A stretch of 17,804 nt of DNA from Halalkalibacterium halodurans. Lineage in GTDB: Bacteria > Bacillota > Bacilli > Bacillales > Bacillaceae_D. The notes under the pieces are model-generated. The model did not search any database and was not told the origin of the DNA. It saw nothing but the letters and a program-made list of their open reading frames with translations. Position 1 is the stretch's first letter, and the number at the start of each line of letters is the position of its first letter. The translations under genes and the position numbers were made by a program. The stretch lies in contig NZ_SNUY01000019.1 in NCBI RefSeq assembly GCF_004376175.1, positions 1-17,804 on the forward strand. Direction: 5' to 3'. Below are positions 12,875 through 17,804 of the stretch, piece after piece.

Positions 12875-13589
12875 CGTAAAAGATTTGCATAAATCGTTTG
12901 GCTCCTTAGAGGTGTTAAAAGGGATTACGACAGAGATTCAAAAGGGCGATGTTGTGGCGGTCATCGGTCCTTCTGGGTCAGGAAAATCGACGTTTTTACG
13001 CTGCTTAAATTTACTTGAAGTCCCTACGTCAGGCCATGTTTGGATTGATGATGAAGAAATCACTCATCCGAAGACGAACGTAGGAAAGCTGCGGACGAAA
13101 ATTGGCATGGTGTTTCAACACTTTCATCTGTTCCCCCATATGACTGTGATGGAAAATTTAACGTTTGCCCCCATGAAAGTGAAAGGGGTCTCGAAAGCAG
13201 AAGCAATTGCTAAAGGGGAAAGCTTGCTTCAAAAAGTCGGTTTGCTAGAAAAGCGAGACGAATACCCGAGTCGTCTTTCGGGTGGGCAAAAGCAGCGGGT
13301 CGCGATAGCCCGTGCGCTTGCAATGGACCCAGAAGTGATGCTGTTTGACGAACCGACATCGGCCCTTGATCCAGAGATGGTGAAAGAGGTTTTAGCGGTT
13401 ATGAAGGATCTTGCTGAGACAGGGATGACGATGGTCATCGTTACCCATGAAATGGGCTTTGCCAAGGAAGTGGCAGATCGCGTCTTGTTTCTTGATCAAG
13501 GTATTTTGCTCGAAGATTTGCCACCGAAGCAATTTTTTGCAGCACCGAAAAGCGAAAGAGCACGGGATTTTCTTGAAAAAGTTTTATAA
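12867..13589 (+). CDS. Amino-acid ABC transporter ATP-binding protein (GlnQ-like)
   Basis: Walker [10 protein letters not shown], signature LSGGQKQRV, Walker [12 protein letters not shown] and H-loop VTHEM. It overlaps the permease stop by 8 nt. Confidence 0.95.
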   Translation: MINVKDLHKSFGSLEVLKGITTEIQKGDVVAVIGPSGSGKSTFLRCLNLLEVPTSGHVWIDDEEITHPKTNVGKLRTKIGMVFQHFHLFPHMTVMENLTFAPMKVKGVSKAEAIAKGESLLQKVGLLEKRDEYPSRLSGGQKQRVAIARALAMDPEVMLFDEPTSALDPEMVKEVLAVMKDLAETGMTMVIVTHEMGFAKEVADRVLFLDQGILLEDLPPKQFFAAPKSERARDFLEKVL

Positions 13590-13598
13590 TTTTATGAG

Positions 13599-13623
13599 GG
13601 CTTGCCGATCGCAAGCCTTTTTC
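13599..13623 (+). terminator. Rho-independent terminator of the ABC operon
   Basis: GGCTTGC (13599-13605) pairs with GCAAGCC (13611-13617) across the loop CGATC, followed by TTTTT. Confidence 0.8.
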
Positions 13624-13712
13624 TATTGTTCTATATATAGGAGATGTAAGAAGATCCGCTTGGCGACAAGCTACGTTTTTAAGCCGGCGCTTTGCGTTTT
13701 TTAACATCAGGC

Positions 13713-13733
13713 GGTTCAACGGTTCAACCGTTG
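13713..13733 (+). repeat. Tandem GGTTCAAC x2 overlapping a CAACGG/CCGTTG palindrome (possible operator)
   Basis: GGTTCAAC occurs at 13713-13720 and again at 13721-13728. CAACGG (13717-13722) is separated by TTCAA from CCGTTG (13728-13733). The repeat sits immediately upstream of TATGAT (13734-13739) and 45 nt before the ATG at 13778. Confidence 0.3.
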
Positions 13734-13777
13734 TATGATACACTTGAGAAAAAACGGAACGGGGAAGACACCAAACG

Positions 13778-14758
13778 ATGAAACTAAAGATTGGCTACCG
13801 CACACTGAAAACAGCGTTAGGGGCAGGGATTTCCATTTTTATTGCCCAAGCGCTAAACCTCGAATTTTACGCCTCTGCGGCGATTTTGACGATTCTTTGC
13901 ATCTCCGTTTCACGGAAAGGCTCTCTACGGGCCGCATGGCAGCGCTTTGCTGCATGCATGATTGGGCTTGCCTACAGCTTCATTCTTCTGGAATTAGTCG
14001 GCTATCAGCCATGGACACTTGCGCTAATTTTAATATTGTTTATTCCAACGGTCGTTCGCTTTAACGTGAAAGAAGGAATTACGACGAGCACGGTTATCAT
14101 GCTACATGTTTATACACTCGGGACCGTGTCATGGGCGATTTTTATCAATGAGTTTTTGCTGATTGTGATCGGAATCGGTGTAGCGCTCATTATGAATGCG
14201 TACATGCCGAATATCGAACGAGAGTTGAGAAAACACCAGCGGAAAATTGAGTCTAATTTTCGGACGATTTTACGGGAGCTTGCGTGCTATGTTCGAACAG
14301 GAGAAAGGGAATGGGATGGACGTGAAATTCCAGAGACAGCCGACGAGATCCAAAAAGCAAAAAGCATTGCTATGCGCAACATCAACAATCATTTTCTCCG
14401 CTATGAGGATCAATATTATCACTATTTTAAAATGAGGGAGCGACAATTTGACATTTTGGAGCGAATTATGCCCTTTTTGTCCTCGTTGGACGATACCGTC
14501 GTCCAGAGTGACAAGATCGCTGATTTGCTTGAGGAATTAAGCGAAGCTGTTAGCCCTGTCAATACCGTCTCCTATTTTCAAGGGCGCATTCAAGACATTC
14601 GCTCCTATTTTGAGGCGAGAGAGCTGCCGAAAACACAGAAGGAATTTGAAACGCGATCGGCCTTGTATTACGTGATTCACGAATTAGAGGAGTACTTACG
14701 GATGAAAGAATCCCTATATGAAAAGCAGAATAAAAAGGAGAAAAGCAGGGAACGTTAG
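13778..14758 (+). CDS. Aromatic acid exporter (ArAE)/FUSC-like membrane protein (YgaE/UPF0421-like)
   Basis: The N-terminus, MKLKIGYRTLKTALGAGISIFIAQALNLEF..AAILTIL, followed by four more hydrophobic segments and a long charged helical C-domain, is typical of this family. Confidence 0.75.
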   Translation: MKLKIGYRTLKTALGAGISIFIAQALNLEFYASAAILTILCISVSRKGSLRAAWQRFAACMIGLAYSFILLELVGYQPWTLALILILFIPTVVRFNVKEGITTSTVIMLHVYTLGTVSWAIFINEFLLIVIGIGVALIMNAYMPNIERELRKHQRKIESNFRTILRELACYVRTGEREWDGREIPETADEIQKAKSIAMRNINNHFLRYEDQYYHYFKMRERQFDILERIMPFLSSLDDTVVQSDKIADLLEELSEAVSPVNTVSYFQGRIQDIRSYFEARELPKTQKEFETRSALYYVIHELEEYLRMKESLYEKQNKKEKSRER

Positions 14759-14785
14759 GCAAAAAGAGTGAGAGGAAAGAACGAT

Positions 14786-15298
14786 ATGCGACAGCTATTG
14801 ATCGTGTTCCTAGTGGCCAGCACCTTGTCTCCGTTATGGCCTATCGGTCCAAACCCTACGGTAGGAGACCCGTTTCTGATTGTCAACATTGCAACCAATC
14901 GGTTGGCGTACGTAGATGAAGGGAAGATCCAAAAAATAGTACCGATTGCAACAGGAAAGCCTTCGGATAAAACGCCTGTTGGTCTGTTTACGATTACAGT
15001 CAAGGCGGAACAACCGTACTACCGAAAGAAAAACATCGCCGGTGGCGATCCGAAAAATCCCCTAGGAACCCGTTGGCTTGGTTTTGATGCGAAAGACACG
15101 GAGGGCCGAACGTACGGAATTCACGGAACGAACCGTCCAGAATCGATTGGTCGTTACATGACAGCTGGCTGCATTCGTCTGCAAAACAAAGAGGTAGAGG
15201 AGTTGTATGCGAACATCCCATTAGGAACGAAGATACTGATCGTCGATTACGTCGTTTCCTTTGAGGCGTTAGCGAAAGAGCATGGAGCGATGGAATGA
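14786..15298 (+). CDS. L,D-transpeptidase (YkuD domain), secreted
   Basis: ATG at 14786 follows GAGAGGAAAG; the track's GTG at 14768 is less likely. Signal-like N-terminus MRQLLIVFLVAS. Catalytic motif GIHGTN...AGCIRL. Confidence 0.85.
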   Translation: MRQLLIVFLVASTLSPLWPIGPNPTVGDPFLIVNIATNRLAYVDEGKIQKIVPIATGKPSDKTPVGLFTITVKAEQPYYRKKNIAGGDPKNPLGTRWLGFDAKDTEGRTYGIHGTNRPESIGRYMTAGCIRLQNKEVEELYANIPLGTKILIVDYVVSFEALAKEHGAME

Positions 15299-15321
15299 GG
15301 ACGGGTATACCCGTCCTTTTC
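15298..15321 (+). terminator. Rho-independent terminator
   Basis: AGGACGGG (15298-15305), loop TATA, CCCGTCCT (15310-15317), then TTT. It overlaps the stop codon. Confidence 0.8.
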
Positions 15322-15372
15322 TACATTTTAAGAATTTCCGACTTAAGAGACACGACGGTTTTTTCCATATTA

Positions 15373-15999
15373 TTAATGGTCACTCGCTAAAAAATGTTTG
15401 CCGTTGTTTGCTTGCTGTTTGTTTAGGTTTTTAATGGCTGTATGGACATTCGTAAGATCATAAGTCTCCCGCGGCGTCATGAGCTGAAGCAGCCCTTGTC
15501 CAATAAAGGGCATTAACGTTTCAAACGTCTCATGCCAAGTTTTTTCTGATACACCCCGGTTCCAATGGCGCAAATGGAATAGATTCACGGAAAGGTCTTT
15601 CTGTTTCGTCACATCCCACCAATCGACAGGCTCCCCTGATAACAGACCGAGCACTGTGAGCGTCCCAAATGGGCGCACAGCATAGGCGAGATTTTTCCCA
15701 GCTTGACCGCGGACACAATCAATCGCAAAGTCCGCCCCGCGACCATTTGTCAGCTCTAACACTGCTTCCACTAGCCGTGAAGAGGAGGAATGAATGACAT
15801 GTGAGGCACCAAGGCGCTTTAATTCCCTTGTGTACACGTCATTTCGAACAACGGCGATGTAACGGAAGCCAACAATGTTGGAAAGCTGAGCGAACACCCG
15901 TGAAATCGCAGAGCCACCAGCAAGAAGGGTATTACCCTCCTTAGCTTTAAATAGACTCTCGGCATTCGCCGAGCTTTGTGGTTCAAGGATTTTCCTCAA
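15373..15999 (-). pseudogene. 5'-truncated MDR-superfamily (zinc-type ADH / enoyl- or quinone-reductase-like) oxidoreductase remnant
   Basis: Only the nucleotide-binding and C-terminal half is present (..EGNTLLAGGSAISRVFAQLSNIVGFRYIAVVRN..LGASHVI..GADFAIDCV..). The roughly 125-aa N-terminal GroES-like domain is absent. An in-frame TAA lies at 16008-16006. The track start is a TTG lying 15 nt from the nearest SD. Confidence 0.6.
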
Positions 16000-16051
16000 A
16001 CCAATTTATTTCATCCCTCCTATTTTAGGTGGGATTTTTTAATGTTCATTT

Positions 16052-17796
16052 TTTAAAACTGGAAATTAATTATCAAAATATTTTCTCGAATTCGACAAGA
16101 AACACTTGACTTTTCAAAAACACCACAATAATCGCCGGTGAAGGGATTATTTTCCCTTACTACTTGTGATTGAGGTGCCAAAATGAAACCAACGTTTATT
16201 GCACACGAAACTTATCAAAACTTCGTTCTAAATCAGTTAAATGCCCATTATTCTGGCGGCATTCTTACCCTTGTTAATAAGGATTGGCCAGTAATTAAAA
16301 AGCTTTGGATAACTGATCTCTCTTCGGTAACTACATGGCTTGGTGATTCCTATTCCAAAAAGGGACCAAAGCCTCGTGACCCTGCTTCTATGATGCGTTC
16401 TTATCTGCTTTCATTATTTGTTCAACCTACAAAAGGTATTACTCATTGGGTTGATCAACTTCGTCGCGTTCCGTTGTATGCAATTCTTAGCGGTTTTGAA
16501 CCCGGTGACACACCAGGTGTTGGAACATTTGAAGACTTTTTCAAACGTTTATGGGCCTTCGAAAGCCCGAATGTTATGCCGAAGGTCAAACCTAAAAAGA
16601 AAAAGTCAAAAAAGAAAAAGAAGCCTAAAAAGGGTGAAAAAGCTGAACCTAAGAATCCCGGAATTGTTCGTAAACTCGTTGATCGGGCAATGCGTTATGG
16701 TTCCAAACAAAAACAACTGCCAGGAGACCGATTATTTGAGTTTTTTCAATCCCAATTTTTAGCGGTTTCTACGAAACTTGGTCTTCTTGGGGATCCCGAA
16801 GCTCTAGGTGTAGTTGGAGATGGGACACCAATTGAAACAGCTAGGTACCCGAGAAGTAAATCAACCTGTAATTGTAGTGCCCAAGGACTAACGAACTGTA
16901 CTCACCCACGCCAGTATTCACAACCCGACATCGACTCAGGCTGGGATAGTTCTAAGGAAAAGTACTTCAACGGATATCATCTCTACATGATATCCACTAG
17001 CGATAGCCAATACGACTTACCGCTATATCCACGGCTGCATCCTGCTTCCCGGCATGATTCAGTCAGCCTAGTGGTTAGTTCAATTGAATTTTCGCAACGG
17101 TACACCTTGGGCACGATTGATAAAATTCTTCTTGATGCAGCGCACGATGCTGAGGCCATTTATGAGCTACTTGAACATCAAAATGTGGAACCCTTCATCG
17201 ATTTAAATGTTCGAACAAAGAAGAACTTTAGTACAGAAAGTGATATTCAAATATCTCCAACAGGTGTTCCAATCTGTCCGATTGGGAAGGAGATGAAGCC
17301 CAACGGGTTTGACAAATCTCAAAATCGGCAAAAATGGCGTTGTCCACTTGCTTGCGGTACCAAAAATACATGCTCATCACCGTGTTCAAAAGCAAAATAT
17401 GGTCGGACATTCCATACATTCAGAGAGGATAATCTACGATTATTTACCAAAACACCAAGGTCCTCTGAAAAGTGGAAACTTATATACAAACGAAGAACCT
17501 CTGTTGAACGTTCTAATAAAAGAGAAAAAATAGATTATCACTTGGAATCTGGACGCCACCGGTCAACAAAAATGTGGTACATTCGCCTATACGCCATAAT
17601 GATGTGTCAGCACATCGATGCTTGGTACAGCAGTCAGAAAGAGCAGTTAAATATTGAAGAAATCATCTTTCCTAAAGCCGCCTAGTCAATTTTTAAAAAA
17701 ATAATGGCAATAGGTTTCTTTGTCATGCACATTTTTGAAAATACAATGAAAATAATGAGTGTGCAGGCCATTCCAATCCAATTTCCAGTAATTTTG
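16052..17796 (+). mobile_element. Second IS-like element (boundaries tentative; right end at the window edge)
   Basis: A single transposase ORF is flanked by an inverted 10-mer: ACTGGAAATT (16058-16067) and AATTTCCAGT (17780-17789). Just outside these lies an 8-bp direct repeat, GTTCATTT (16044-16051 and 17797-17804). Confidence 0.4.
16183..17685 (+). CDS. DDE transposase related to the 9841-11043 protein (IS4/IS5-type)
   Basis: ATG at 16183 lies 6 nt after TGAGGTG. Candidate catalytic residues sit in VVGDGTPIET, ILLDAAHD and TSVERSNKREK. There is an exact Y-x2-R-x3-E-x6-K signature (YKRRTSVERSNKREK). A poly-Lys linker (KPKKKKSKKKKKPKK) is present. The ..W/F-RCP..C..C..YG...WK.(L/I)Y..RTSVER block is shared with the first transposase. 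Confidence 0.85.
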   Translation: MKPTFIAHETYQNFVLNQLNAHYSGGILTLVNKDWPVIKKLWITDLSSVTTWLGDSYSKKGPKPRDPASMMRSYLLSLFVQPTKGITHWVDQLRRVPLYAILSGFEPGDTPGVGTFEDFFKRLWAFESPNVMPKVKPKKKKSKKKKKPKKGEKAEPKNPGIVRKLVDRAMRYGSKQKQLPGDRLFEFFQSQFLAVSTKLGLLGDPEALGVVGDGTPIETARYPRSKSTCNCSAQGLTNCTHPRQYSQPDIDSGWDSSKEKYFNGYHLYMISTSDSQYDLPLYPRLHPASRHDSVSLVVSSIEFSQRYTLGTIDKILLDAAHDAEAIYELLEHQNVEPFIDLNVRTKKNFSTESDIQISPTGVPICPIGKEMKPNGFDKSQNRQKWRCPLACGTKNTCSSPCSKAKYGRTFHTFREDNLRLFTKTPRSSEKWKLIYKRRTSVERSNKREKIDYHLESGRHRSTKMWYIRLYAIMMCQHIDAWYSSQKEQLNIEEIIFPKAA

Positions 17797-17804
17797 GTTC
17801 ATTT

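Noticed and set aside
13229-14064. ORFs 13229-13465 (-), 13441-13743 (-), 13447-13704 (+) and 13735-14064 (+)
   Set aside because: They overlap the ABC ATPase, its terminator or the ArAE gene in other frames. They have no RBS and their products are basic and low-complexity.
15322-15372. Terminator for the minus-strand oxidoreductase fragment
   Set aside because: Only 3-bp pairings flank the T/A runs (CCG..CGG), so there is no credible stem.
16418-16762. 114-aa alternative-frame ORF across the poly-A tract, considered as a frameshift partner for the second transposase
   Set aside because: It is in the +1 frame, and the main 500-codon frame is uninterrupted. The -1 frame stops within 5 codons, and that possibility is reported separately as speculative.
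1-17804. CRISPR arrays, tRNA or rRNA genes, prophage or defence-island signatures, toxin-antitoxin pairs
   Set aside because: I found no spaced direct-repeat arrays, no cloverleaf-like or rRNA-like segments, and no ORFs with nuclease, ATPase or defence-type motifs. Every long ORF has an ordinary housekeeping or IS assignment.

Overview
This window looks like a chromosomal segment from an endospore-forming Bacillaceae-type genome. That is an inference from an Sda homologue, a GerA-family germinant receptor operon, GGAGG-type ribosome-binding sites (RBS) and lipoprotein signal peptides.

Gene order, left to right:
- 216-852: three tiny genes, ending in a Gly/Tyr/Pro-rich coat-like protein.
- 967-1107: a 46-aa Sda sporulation-checkpoint homologue missed by the ORF track. 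It lies 29 nt upstream of the next gene.
- 1137-2123: a fusion of Tag (3-methyladenine DNA glycosylase I) and a GNAT acetyltransferase.
- 5824-2125, minus strand: a convergent gerA/B/C-type germinant receptor operon.
- 6273-7973: a BCCT osmolyte transporter.
- 8074-8872, minus strand: a frameshifted TauE/SafE permease.
- 9137-9298: a 53-aa hyper-acidic mini-lipoprotein.
- 9706-11194: a 1489-bp IS with perfect 20-bp terminal inverted repeats.
- 11306-13589: a polar amino-acid ABC transporter operon.
- 13778-15298: an ArAE/FUSC-like membrane protein followed by a YkuD-type L,D-transpeptidase.
- 15373-15999, minus strand: a 5'-truncated MDR oxidoreductase remnant.
- 16183-17685: a second, related transposase whose element runs to the window edge.

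I found no CRISPR array, rRNA, tRNA or recognisable defence or toxin system. The most unusual items are:
- the sda / tag-GNAT linkage and the fusion itself;
- the Tyr/Pro-tailed small protein behind a sigma-K-like promoter;
- the hairpin-bridged Shine-Dalgarno (SD) sequence of the BCCT gene;
- the acidic mini-lipoprotein;
- features shared by the two transposases: Cys clusters inside the DDE core and in-phase A-AAA-AAG heptamers.

All homology statements come from reading the translations and recalling family motifs. No database search was run.
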